From a virus: a stretch of 59,031 nucleotides of DNA. The DNA is taken from positions 1 to 59,031 of the IMG/VR virus record IMGVR_UViG_3300016474_000052; one strand, 5' to 3'. The notes under the pieces were generated by a model. It saw only the letters and a program-made list of their open reading frames with translations. It made no database searches and was not told the DNA's origin. The translations under genes were made by a program, and so were the position numbers. Positions 8,902-17,908 of this stretch are shown here, piece by piece (the first letter of the stretch is position 1; each line of letters opens with the position of its first letter).

Positions 8902-11900
8902 ATGAGCAAATTCACAGGCAATATCATCCGTCTCCCGGCGGTTACGCCGACTCAGAACTCAGCGTCGGGCGTTTACACACTTGATGACCAGTTCACCGCG
9001 CAGTCATCGGGAACATGGCCGATTGTTCGGGATCAATACTTCAACTACACCACGTTATTGCTGACAGGTGCAGTGCAGGGTACAGCCTATCCCAATCCCG
9101 TCACACAGCCCTACAGCTTTCTGTCGGATGCCAGTACGAATAACTTTGTTGTCTCGCCTTACGGTGACGTGAGTGCAAGACCGTTTAACCCGTATCTGAA
9201 TAGTTACAGCAATTATTTTACAGGCTCAGGATCAACGTATTTGAGTATTGCAAGCAGTGCTGATTTGCAGCTTACTAACTCAACAGTTTTTACGATAGAA
9301 GCGTTTATTTATTGGACTGGAACAACTGGAACTCAGCAAGGAATTATTAATAAACGTGGGTCATCAGCAACGCAAGAATGGGGTTTGATAATTAACTCCA
9401 CTGGGAAACTTGTATTTACGAACACAACGACAGATTACACTGGTGGAACAACATTAAATCAGAACCGATGGAATCATATTGCTGTTAGTTCAGACGGAAC
9501 TAACATAGCCGTATATTTGAATGGCTCAAGAGATAGCACACCTACGGCAGCTACAGGCATCGTTTCATCAACCAATGATGTTTTAATTGGTTATCAAACC
9601 ACAACGGCTAATCCTTATACGGGCTATATAAGTAACTTGCGTGTTGTGAAAGGAACGCAGCTTTATTCAGGAACCTCTTACCCAGTCCCCACCGCACCCC
9701 TGCAAGCAGTTACTAACACTTCCTTATTGACCTGTCTAAGCAATCGTTTTCTTGACACAAATACACAAACAACCGCTAAGACGATCACTGTTAGCGGCTC
9801 CCCCGCCGTCTCGCAAAATTCCCCATTTGTCAGTTACGACACGACCAATGGTAGTGGGTATTTTGATGGGAATGATTATTTACTTTCAACGGCAACGCAG
9901 GTCATTCCATCAGGCTCTTTTACTGTTGAAGCTTGGGCATATCCAACGGTAAGCACTGATGGATATATAGTGGCGCAAGGAACATCAGGAAATTCTGCTA
10001 GATTTGCGGTTGGCATAGAAACTAATGCTTGGTATACCCAGATTGGGGCAACTCGTGTCACAAGCACCGCAGCACCGGTAATTAACGCATGGACTCACGT
10101 TGCAGTAACTTTTAACGGCGCAACACTTACGCTTTATATCAATGGTCAGTCGGTTGGCACTCCCGCATCTACATCAACTAATGCACAAAATGCAACGGTA
10201 AGAATAGGATCGCTTGGACCTGCTGATTGGGCTGCGCTATATTGGACTGGTTATATCAATTCTGTTCGTGTTTCAAATACTGTACGCGCTATTTCTGTGC
10301 CGACGGCTCCATACACCACAGACGCTAACACCTCCCTCCTCACCCTCCAAACTCGCGCTCCAGCGACGAACAACGGTTTTATTGACAGCAGTCCTAACAA
10401 CTTTGTCGTCACGAGAAATGGGAATACGACGCAGGGATCGTTTAGTCCGTTCAGTCAGACTGGGTGGGGGAATTATTTCAACGGGAGTAGCAATCTTCAG
10501 TTAGCGCAAACGTCTGCTTTTCAGCCCGGAACCGGAGACTTTACAATTGAAGCGTGGGTGAATTTCTCGGCCAGCAACAGCATGATTATTGCTGTTTATA
10601 ACCAAGGCTGTGCTTTTTATGTGAAGTCAACAGGATTTCTAGCTTTTGCCCAGGATTCAGTTGCTGAACGATTGGTGGCAAGCACTGCGTTTCCATTAAA
10701 TCAGTGGAATCATGTTGCAGTTGTAAGAAGTTCATCAAACTTGACAATTTATCAAAACGGAACTGCGGTCGGATCAACTGCAAATTCCAATAATTTAACT
10801 GGGATTGGCTCTACTGTAACTGTTGGATCTGGTAACGCTTTAACACAAGGGGCAACTGGTTATATTTCCAATATTCGGTTTGTAAACGGCCAAGCCCTGT
10901 TTACAGGTGCGTTCACGCCATCGGTTGCGCCAATTAATTCAACCACGGTCGGATCAACCGGCTCTGGGGTTCCCACCCAAACCATTACCGGGACTGTTGC
11001 ATTACTTACCTGTCAATCCAACCGGTTCAAGGACAATAGCCCAAACAATTACACGATAACCCTTGGAGGCTCACCCTCCGTCCAAGCCTTCTCCCCCTTC
11101 GCACCAGCGCAATCCTACATACCAAGTCAGATCGGTGGCAGCGGGTATTTTGATGGGACGACGGATTATTTGACGACTCCGGCAAGCAGCATTTTTGATT
11201 TCGCAGCAGGTCAAGCCTTTACTGTTGATTTCTGGTTCTACCAGACAACATCCGCGACTGTTGCCATTACGCAGGGTGGTGGAAACACATTTTCAATTGA
11301 CGTTACGATGGGCAGCAGCGGTTCCATCAATTACGGAAAAGCTGGGGTTGCAAACATCATTTCCGCTTCGGCTTCAATTCCTATTAGTAGCTGGAATCAT
11401 CTGGTGATTTCAAGGAATACCGGCAACCAAAGCAGGATGTGGCTTAATGGTGTTTCAATCGGATCAAGCAGTTCCGACAGTTACTCGTTTAATAATGCGG
11501 TGCAATATATAGGTTCAAACGCCAACCCCGGCAACTATGTAACGGGCTACCTAAGTGGATTTCGTGTTCTCAAAGGTACGGCGCTTTACGATCCAACTTC
11601 ATCAAGCAATATCACAGTCCCCACCGCCCCACCAACAGCCATACCCAACACCTCTCTCCTACTCAACTTCACGAATGGCGGGATTGTAGATGCCACTGGG
11701 AAGAATAATCTGGAGACGGTGGGTAATAGCGGGGTGCAGACAACCGTCATCAAGTATGGCAACGGGTCAATGTATTTTGATGGGACGAGTGATTATTTAC
11801 TTAGACCGTATAGTGATCTCTTAAATATAAATTCAGGTGATTTCACTATTGAAGCTTGGGTGTATCCGACCGTTAATAAAACCTTTAGCACAGTCGCGGC

Positions 11901-12270
11901 AATGTGGGGGACGGCGCAACAAAGTTGGATATTTGACATAAACAATGGTGTCGCAGGTTTTGCATGGCAGGCAAATTCAATAAGCGTCAACTTTTTGGAA
12001 GCTGGTTCCGTTTCATTAAATGTTTGGAGCCATTTGGCGGTGACTAGGCAGGCTAATACGTTTAGGTTGTTTGTAAATGGAAATTCAACGGCCTCATTGC
12101 CGTCAAGTAATAATTCACTAACGACATCCTTTAGTGTCGGTGCTTATGACAACGGAGCAAGCGGAAACTTTGCTGGTTATATATCTAACTTGCGTATAAC
12201 AAAAGGTGTTGCTCGTTACACCTCCAACTTCAATACGAACCTCCCACCCGGACCCTTCCCACTAGGCTAA
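8902..12270 (+). CDS. fibre/receptor-binding-type protein with five LamG (Laminin_G_3-like) repeats
   Basis: 1122 aa. Five repeats of FT(I/V)E(A/F)W(x)Y...WNH(I/V/L)A(V)...(Y/F/W)(L/I/V)NG...GY(I/L)SN(L/I)R(V/I/F).KG... Visibly A/T-rich versus the rest of the genome. Confidence 0.75.
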   Translation: MSKFTGNIIRLPAVTPTQNSASGVYTLDDQFTAQSSGTWPIVRDQYFNYTTLLLTGAVQGTAYPNPVTQPYSFLSDASTNNFVVSPYGDVSARPFNPYLNSYSNYFTGSGSTYLSIASSADLQLTNSTVFTIEAFIYWTGTTGTQQGIINKRGSSATQEWGLIINSTGKLVFTNTTTDYTGGTTLNQNRWNHIAVSSDGTNIAVYLNGSRDSTPTAATGIVSSTNDVLIGYQTTTANPYTGYISNLRVVKGTQLYSGTSYPVPTAPLQAVTNTSLLTCLSNRFLDTNTQTTAKTITVSGSPAVSQNSPFVSYDTTNGSGYFDGNDYLLSTATQVIPSGSFTVEAWAYPTVSTDGYIVAQGTSGNSARFAVGIETNAWYTQIGATRVTSTAAPVINAWTHVAVTFNGATLTLYINGQSVGTPASTSTNAQNATVRIGSLGPADWAALYWTGYINSVRVSNTVRAISVPTAPYTTDANTSLLTLQTRAPATNNGFIDSSPNNFVVTRNGNTTQGSFSPFSQTGWGNYFNGSSNLQLAQTSAFQPGTGDFTIEAWVNFSASNSMIIAVYNQGCAFYVKSTGFLAFAQDSVAERLVASTAFPLNQWNHVAVVRSSSNLTIYQNGTAVGSTANSNNLTGIGSTVTVGSGNALTQGATGYISNIRFVNGQALFTGAFTPSVAPINSTTVGSTGSGVPTQTITGTVALLTCQSNRFKDNSPNNYTITLGGSPSVQAFSPFAPAQSYIPSQIGGSGYFDGTTDYLTTPASSIFDFAAGQAFTVDFWFYQTTSATVAITQGGGNTFSIDVTMGSSGSINYGKAGVANIISASASIPISSWNHLVISRNTGNQSRMWLNGVSIGSSSSDSYSFNNAVQYIGSNANPGNYVTGYLSGFRVLKGTALYDPTSSSNITVPTAPPTAIPNTSLLLNFTNGGIVDATGKNNLETVGNSGVQTTVIKYGNGSMYFDGTSDYLLRPYSDLLNINSGDFTIEAWVYPTVNKTFSTVAAMWGTAQQSWIFDINNGVAGFAWQANSISVNFLEAGSVSLNVWSHLAVTRQANTFRLFVNGNSTASLPSSNNSLTTSFSVGAYDNGASGNFAGYISNLRITKGVARYTSNFNTNLPPGPFPLG

Positions 12271-12272
12271 TC

Positions 12273-12602
12273 ATGTACGCAATCATCAAAGACAATGCCG
12301 TGATAAAAACCGGCGAACTTGAGCAGATGTTCATCAGCAACGTCTTTCCGCCTTCTGGTACACCAGAATGGCTAGAAGAGCATGACGTTTACGAAGTCAT
12401 CGTTCCTGCTTATGACTCACAGACCGAGACACTGCAAGGCATCCCGCCACAGATCACGGGTCGAACAGTCGTTTTGCATCAGGTAGTTCCTCTGCCTGAA
12501 CCCCAACCCCAACCAGTGGAAATTCCGGTCGATCCCGTGCAAACTATCGACCTTAGTGGTGCTGCTGATAGCGCTGCGGAAACCCTTGGAGATACCCTAT
12601 GA
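12273..12602 (+). CDS. hypothetical protein
   Basis: 109-aa ORF starting 2 nt after the upstream stop. No motif recognised. Confidence 0.55.
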   Translation: MYAIIKDNAVIKTGELEQMFISNVFPPSGTPEWLEEHDVYEVIVPAYDSQTETLQGIPPQITGRTVVLHQVVPLPEPQPQPVEIPVDPVQTIDLSGAADSAAETLGDTL

Positions 12603-12733
12603 CTATCGAACTGACTTTGGATGAAGTCAATCAAATCCTCAACGCTCTTGGACAGCGGCCCTATGTTGAGGTGGCCAACCTGATTGGGAAGATTGCCACT
12701 CAGGCCCAGAACCAGGAGACTCCTGCGGAATAA
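12599..12733 (+). CDS. small hypothetical protein (44 aa, below the ORF-track cutoff)
   Basis: ATGA start/stop overlap with the upstream gene. Translates to MTIELTLDEVNQILNALGQRPYVEVANLIGKIATQAQNQETPAE. Fills the gap before 12737. Confidence 0.5.
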   Translation: MTIELTLDEVNQILNALGQRPYVEVANLIGKIATQAQNQETPAE

Positions 12734-12736
12734 ATC

Positions 12737-13480
12737 ATGGCAAGCGCTACCGGAACCCCGATTCAGCTTTTTTATTCGACTACCGCAACAACCCAAGCGA
12801 CCGCTGGACAGCTTCAGGTCGCGGAATTGTTTCTCAACGTCACCGACAGAAAGCTGTACTCAAAGGACAACTCCGGTAACGTCTTCCTGTTAGCCAATGG
12901 AAACAACTCCACAGCGACTGTCTCGAGCGTCGCTGTATCGGGCGGCACAACAGGCCTAACGACCTCTGGCGGCCCTATAACGACCTCAGGGACCATTACC
13001 CTTGCAGGCACGCTGGCTCTTACGAATGGCGGCACTGGAGGCACTACAGCCTCTGGTGCTCGTACCAATCTGGCCGTCCCAGGCCTTGCGGACGCGAACA
13101 CCTTTTCGAATACGAACAACTTCCAAGACAACGAAGTCATTCGCCCTAAGGTAAAGGACTATTCCCTCACAGTGAACGCCCTAGGAAACATCACAGGGGC
13201 CACCACTGTCAATCTGGAGGTTGGGAACTATGTCACCGCTACCTGTACCGGAAACATCACCTGGACCTTCAGCAACCCCGCTACAAGCGGCTCTGGCTGT
13301 GGCTTCATCATGGTCCTTACCAATGGTGGCGCTTTTACACAGACATGGCCTGCGGCTGTTGATTGGCCTTATGGCGCTGTTCCTACCCTGACGGCTTCCG
13401 GCACCGATGTCTTGGTATTCATTACCAATGACGGCGGAACGACTTGGCGCGGCACCATATCCATGACGGATAGCAAGTAA
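12737..13480 (+). CDS. tail fibre-like protein
   Basis: 247 aa. N-terminal QLFYSTT..LFLNVTDRKLYSKD and TNGGTGGTTASGARTNL collar motif typical of phage fibres. Confidence 0.65.
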   Translation: MASATGTPIQLFYSTTATTQATAGQLQVAELFLNVTDRKLYSKDNSGNVFLLANGNNSTATVSSVAVSGGTTGLTTSGGPITTSGTITLAGTLALTNGGTGGTTASGARTNLAVPGLADANTFSNTNNFQDNEVIRPKVKDYSLTVNALGNITGATTVNLEVGNYVTATCTGNITWTFSNPATSGSGCGFIMVLTNGGAFTQTWPAAVDWPYGAVPTLTASGTDVLVFITNDGGTTWRGTISMTDSK

Positions 13481-15318
13481 TGCTTTTGCTCGAGCTACTT
13501 GCCGGACAGACAGTCCGCGGGGAACAGCTTTACACCACGCCGGGGACGTTTTCATTTGTCGTCCCTAACGGTGTTGGTTCCTTATCAACAGCGGCCGTTG
13601 GAGCCGGAGGCGGCGGAGGCGGTGCCACAGGATCTTATGGCGGCGTCGGCGGTGCTGGTGGCGCTCTTGTTTATGGCAACAACATACCCGTAACCCCTGG
13701 CGAGACGTTAACCGTAGAGATCGGCGCAGGCGGTACATCAAGCGCAGGAAGCAATGGAACGGCTGGTGGCTATACCGAGATCAGAAGGGGCGCTACGGTC
13801 CTCCTGAGGGCTCCTGGAGGCCTTGGCGGGGTCTATGTCAACACGACCTATGCAGGCCTGACCACAGCGGCTACATCGGCCAATATTGGCGGCTACCCTT
13901 ATAACCAGGGCGGCGGCAATGGTGGCGGAGCAGGCTACGCAACCTGGGGCGGTTCTGGTGGTGGTGGCGCCGGAGGCTTTTCAGGCGCTGGTGGCACAAG
14001 CGGTACTGAGGCCTTCTCTTATCCTGGCGGATCTGTTGGTGCTTTTGGTTTCCAGGCAAGGATGCTTGCGAACTATCAAACCGGTTACTACTACGGCGAC
14101 GGCATATATATCCGCAAGACCACCGACTTCTCGACATTCACAACAGACTACACCCTAGGTGGCGGCAACATATTTCTTTATGTCTTGAAGAACTATGCGG
14201 CTGGAACGCCACTGATTGCCTCGGGAACCGCGGGTCAAATCGTTACCTATAACGGCACGACATGGTCAGCAGTTTCCTCAGGAACTTCTGAGAATATTTT
14301 CTCATTGAGCGATCTCACGGCCGGATCTGGCTATACCTACGGAGCCTGTAGTAATGGCGCCGTGATTGTTAACAGCGCTCAATTCAATTGGAATAACTGG
14401 ATAGTCTATAACTCAGCCACAACAGGCACACCTAACGCTTTACTTGGAAGCACTTATGCGCAGGCTGGCGGTACCGCATACATGTTCTTCTTCGGCACCG
14501 TTGGAACCATATTGCGGCAGTCTTATACAAGCCCTTCTGGACCCACTCCGCCGACAGTAAGCTACTCTTTGATGACATCAGGCACGACTGAGTTCTTGTA
14601 TAGCGGTGCCTATAACGGCAATCCATCGGCTGGCGTCATCATTGCATGCGGCGGTAACGGAACCATCCTAAGAACCACCGACGCGTCTAATTACACGACC
14701 TGGACAACGCAGACGTCAGGAACCACAGCAAACTTTTACCGAGCCACTTACTACAACGGCGTCTTTTATTGCATAGGCTCAAGCGGCACCATCGTTAAAA
14801 GCACTGACGGTGGTGTCACCTGGACGACCGTAACGTCAGGCGCCATCGCTCAGACCCTCTGGGGCATATTGCCTCCCATCGATTTTGTGGGCGTCCCTTT
14901 GGGAGGTGTCTTAGCCAATAAGGGCGTCTTCCCTTTATCGGGCGAGACAGACACTTGGTACAACTGCAAGCTTGATTTCAACATGACCGGATCAAATGGC
15001 GCCGGTGGTGGCGGTGGTGGCGGTGCAGGTTCAGACACTATTCGTGCAGGCGGTGGTGGTGGCGTAGGCATAACCGGTACGGGCTCAAGCGGCACCGGCG
15101 GAACATTCACGGCCGGTAATGCCGGGGCTGGTACTGGAGGCTCTTCTGGCGCCACAGGCACGGCTGGAACCGGCACTACAACAGGCGGTCTTGGCGGTAA
15201 CTATGGGGCGGGTGGCGCAGGCGCTGCTCGTGGAGGCTCCTACGCTGGAGCAAGTGGTGCAGGTGGGGCCATGAGATTGATCTGGGGCCCTGGAAGGAGC
15301 TTCCCAAGTGGAACCTGA
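13480..15318 (+). CDS. glycine-rich fibre-like protein with BNR/Asp-box beta-propeller-like insert
   Basis: 612 aa. Gly-rich flanks (GAGGGGGGATGSYGGVGGAGG..; C-terminal GGGGGGAGS..GTGGSSGATGTAGTG..). Central repeats include a canonical Asp-box, STDGGVTW. Confidence 0.6.
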   Translation: MLLLELLAGQTVRGEQLYTTPGTFSFVVPNGVGSLSTAAVGAGGGGGGATGSYGGVGGAGGALVYGNNIPVTPGETLTVEIGAGGTSSAGSNGTAGGYTEIRRGATVLLRAPGGLGGVYVNTTYAGLTTAATSANIGGYPYNQGGGNGGGAGYATWGGSGGGGAGGFSGAGGTSGTEAFSYPGGSVGAFGFQARMLANYQTGYYYGDGIYIRKTTDFSTFTTDYTLGGGNIFLYVLKNYAAGTPLIASGTAGQIVTYNGTTWSAVSSGTSENIFSLSDLTAGSGYTYGACSNGAVIVNSAQFNWNNWIVYNSATTGTPNALLGSTYAQAGGTAYMFFFGTVGTILRQSYTSPSGPTPPTVSYSLMTSGTTEFLYSGAYNGNPSAGVIIACGGNGTILRTTDASNYTTWTTQTSGTTANFYRATYYNGVFYCIGSSGTIVKSTDGGVTWTTVTSGAIAQTLWGILPPIDFVGVPLGGVLANKGVFPLSGETDTWYNCKLDFNMTGSNGAGGGGGGGAGSDTIRAGGGGGVGITGTGSSGTGGTFTAGNAGAGTGGSSGATGTAGTGTTTGGLGGNYGAGGAGAARGGSYAGASGAGGAMRLIWGPGRSFPSGT

Positions 15319-15466
15319 AGTAAATCCTCCGCATCCGCGGTATGGCATTCAGCATATTGACGAGTGTCCTGCAGTACAAGGTGGCGCATGCAATTGCTAC
15401 TACGAATACACGCTTGCCAAGTTGAACTTTCTCAACAATCTTGGCCCGGACCCTGATCTTGAATAG
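15308..15466 (+). CDS. possible small ORF (52 aa, GTG start)
   Basis: Open frame through the only gap before the lysis genes (VEPEVNPPHPRYGIQHIDECPAVQGGACNCYYEY..). No clear RBS. Confidence 0.3.
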   Translation: MEPEVNPPHPRYGIQHIDECPAVQGGACNCYYEYTLAKLNFLNNLGPDPDLE

Positions 15467-15468
15467 CT

Positions 15469-15666
15469 ATGGAGCCATCTGTGGAAACTCGATTATCCGT
15501 CCATGAAGCGGTTTGCGCCCAACGTTATGAAAATATCGAAAAGCGCTTTGATGACGGCTCTAAACGCATGCAGAAGATTGAGTATCTGCTCTACATCACG
15601 ATCGCTGCTGTCCTCCTCGGGCCAGGAGTAGCCGCTATGTTCGTGAAGAACCTGCTTGGCATATGA
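15469..15666 (+). CDS. small membrane protein (lysis cassette)
   Basis: 65 aa with a C-terminal hydrophobic segment (YLLYITIAAVLLGPGVAAMFV). Translationally coupled to the following genes. Confidence 0.55.
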   Translation: MEPSVETRLSVHEAVCAQRYENIEKRFDDGSKRMQKIEYLLYITIAAVLLGPGVAAMFVKNLLGI

Positions 15667-15932
15667 ACTGGAGCGACGTCCTCAAAGCGGTCATCCCGGT
15701 CATTGTGGCCTCGCTTGCGTGGCTTTTAGGACAGGTCGCTGACTTCTCAACCCGCCTAACGAAAATCGAAGGTGCGATGCCTGCCTTGATTACCAAGGAA
15801 GGTGTTCCGACTGATAGTCCAATCTCTGCTGAGAAACGGGCTATGCAGAAAGAGCAACTCATGCAGCATATCAACGAGCTTCAAGTGAAAGTGCGTTTGC
15901 TTGAAGAGCGTGAAAAGATGGGAAAGCGATAA
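15663..15932 (+). CDS. small membrane protein with coiled-coil tail (lysis cassette; holin partner or i-spanin-like)
   Basis: 89 aa. N-terminal TM (VLKAVIPVIVASLAWLLG) followed by a charged helical tail. ATGA overlap with the upstream gene. Confidence 0.5.
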   Translation: MNWSDVLKAVIPVIVASLAWLLGQVADFSTRLTKIEGAMPALITKEGVPTDSPISAEKRAMQKEQLMQHINELQVKVRLLEEREKMGKR

Positions 15933-16417
15933 TGTTTGATCTGCTAAGCGGCGGTCTTCTTGGTTCCATCTTCGGCGGTATCTTCCGCCTCGCCCCGGAA
16001 GTCCTGAAGTTCTTGGACAAAAAGAACGAGCGCCAGCATGAGTTAAGTATGTTCCAACTTCAAACCGACCTCGAAAAAATGAGGGGCGAGTTCAAGATGG
16101 AGGAGAAGTATGTGGACTACTCGATCTCGCAGATGGACACGATTAAGGAGGCTTTTAAGGAGCAGGCCCAAACGGCAAAAGAGGCTGGTTGGTTGGCTTC
16201 TTTTATCACTGCTATTACCCGCCCCGGTCTTACTTGGATTGCATTTGGCGTATACGTGGCTGTCAAAGCTGCTGGCCTGACGATTGCGTTTCAGACTAAC
16301 GCTAACTGGGCAGAAGTCCTAACCAAGAGCTATGACGAGGATGACTTCGCCATGCTGAATATGATGCTTACGTTCTGGTTTGTAGGTCGGTCTATTGAGA
16401 AGTACAACAAGTCGTGA
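15932..16417 (+). CDS. putative holin
   Basis: 161 aa with hydrophobic segments (LLGSIFGGIF; GLTWIAFGVYVAVKAAGLTIAF; MLNMMLTFWFVG). Lies immediately upstream of the endolysin. Confidence 0.5.
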   Translation: MFDLLSGGLLGSIFGGIFRLAPEVLKFLDKKNERQHELSMFQLQTDLEKMRGEFKMEEKYVDYSISQMDTIKEAFKEQAQTAKEAGWLASFITAITRPGLTWIAFGVYVAVKAAGLTIAFQTNANWAEVLTKSYDEDDFAMLNMMLTFWFVGRSIEKYNKS

Positions 16418-16881
16418 ATGAGGCTAAGAAGCTTTGCAAGGATGTTCTGATCAAGCCCTTTGAAGGGCTGGCAAAGCGTTTGCCCGATGGACGAGTTCAA
16501 GCCTATCCCGATCCTGGCACCAGAGGACACCCTTGGACTATAGGCTGGGGTGCTACGGGCCCTGACATCAACCCTGGGACTATCTGGACGCTCGAGCAGT
16601 GCGAGGACGCCTTAGACCATCACGTCGAGTATTTCGTTCGGGGTTTGCTCAAGATGTCACCGAGCCTCTCTAAAGCGCTCCCAAGGCGCATGGCAGCGGT
16701 TACAAGCTGGGCCTATAACTGTGGCCTTGGCAATTACCGGATCAGCACCTTCAAGAAGCGTATTGACGCTGATAACTGGGACGGTGCCGCGGATGAGTGC
16801 CTGAAGTGGAATAAAGCCGCTGGCAGGGTTTTGCCAGGACTAACCCGTAGGAGGGCGGCTGAGGCCGCATTAATGCGATGA
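16414..16881 (+). CDS. endolysin, phage lysozyme (GH24-like)
   Basis: FEGLAKRLPDGRVQAYPDPGTRGHPWTIGWGATG matches the E..D..T catalytic region of T4-type lysozymes. GTG start overlaps the upstream stop (GTGA). Confidence 0.8.
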   Translation: MNEAKKLCKDVLIKPFEGLAKRLPDGRVQAYPDPGTRGHPWTIGWGATGPDINPGTIWTLEQCEDALDHHVEYFVRGLLKMSPSLSKALPRRMAAVTSWAYNCGLGNYRISTFKKRIDADNWDGAADECLKWNKAAGRVLPGLTRRRAAEAALMR

Positions 16882-17279
16882 GTTCAGCGACCAAGTCAGA
16901 TCCGGCCAAATGGAAGCGCATCGTCGCCTCTGTTAAAGCCTCCGGTAAGGGCGGTGATCCAGGCGAATGGAGCGCCCGTAAGGCTCAATTAGCGACTCAG
17001 AAGTACAAAGCCTCAGGTGGGGGTTACAAAGGGCCTAAAAAGGCGGATAATTCGCTCTCAAAGTGGACCAGCGAGGATTGGGGTACAAAATCCGGCAAGC
17101 CATCCACGCAAGGGCCTAAGGCCACCGGAGAACGGTACCTGCCCCGGAGAGCGCGAGAGGCGCTTTCGTCTGCTGAGTATGCAGCCACCACACGCGCTAA
17201 ACGTGAGGGTACCAAGACCGGTAAGCAATTTGTCGCTCAACCCTCAAAGATCCGCGAGAAAACAGCAAGGTACCGATAA
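16878..17279 (+). CDS. hypothetical basic protein
   Basis: 133-aa Lys/Gly-rich ORF (..WSARKAQLATQKYKASGGGYKG..). ATGA-coupled to the upstream gene. Confidence 0.55.
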   Translation: MSSATKSDPAKWKRIVASVKASGKGGDPGEWSARKAQLATQKYKASGGGYKGPKKADNSLSKWTSEDWGTKSGKPSTQGPKATGERYLPRRAREALSSAEYAATTRAKREGTKTGKQFVAQPSKIREKTARYR

Positions 17280-17908
17280 TGGCCGCTCAGATGACTTACG
17301 ACACGCTGGTCAATGACGTGCGGACCTACTTGGAGCGCACTGATCAGTCTACGCTCGAGAAAATCCCAACATTTATCATGCTGGCTGAGTCCATCATCTC
17401 TGATGAGCTTAAGATTCTTGGCCAGCAGCAAGCCGTCTTGTCGACTTTAGTCGTAGGAGACCCTGTTATTCCGAAGCCTGCCCGTTGGCGCAAGACAACT
17501 TCGATGAATATCACGGTAAACGGCGAGAAAAAGCCCGTTTTGCTGCGTAAATATGAGTATTTGCGCAATTATTGGCCCGATCCGACACAAACCGGTGAGC
17601 CAAAATACTATGCGGACTACAACTTCAACAACTGGTTGATCGCACCTACCCCTGATGCGGCCTATACGTTCGAAGTTCTGTACTACGAGAAGGTCCAACC
17701 ACTGGATGAGACCAATCAGGTGAACTTTTGGACCGAAAATGCGCCTCAAGCCATGCTCTACGGCACCTTATTGCAGGCCATGCCGTTTTTGAAGAACGAT
17801 TCTCGCGTCCAACTATGGCAAGCCATGTACGACCGAGCAATTCAGACGCTGAAGCTTGAGAACGATACGCGCACGATCGACAGGCAGACGCAAGTAAGAG
17901 AGGTCTAA
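17279..17908 (+). CDS. putative neck/head-completion virion protein
   Basis: 209 aa. Sits at the start of the nozzle/internal-protein block. Pattern ..YLER..IPTFIMLAE..I...L.. resembles head-tail connector families. Weak call. Confidence 0.4.
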   Translation: MAAQMTYDTLVNDVRTYLERTDQSTLEKIPTFIMLAESIISDELKILGQQQAVLSTLVVGDPVIPKPARWRKTTSMNITVNGEKKPVLLRKYEYLRNYWPDPTQTGEPKYYADYNFNNWLIAPTPDAAYTFEVLYYEKVQPLDETNQVNFWTENAPQAMLYGTLLQAMPFLKNDSRVQLWQAMYDRAIQTLKLENDTRTIDRQTQVREV

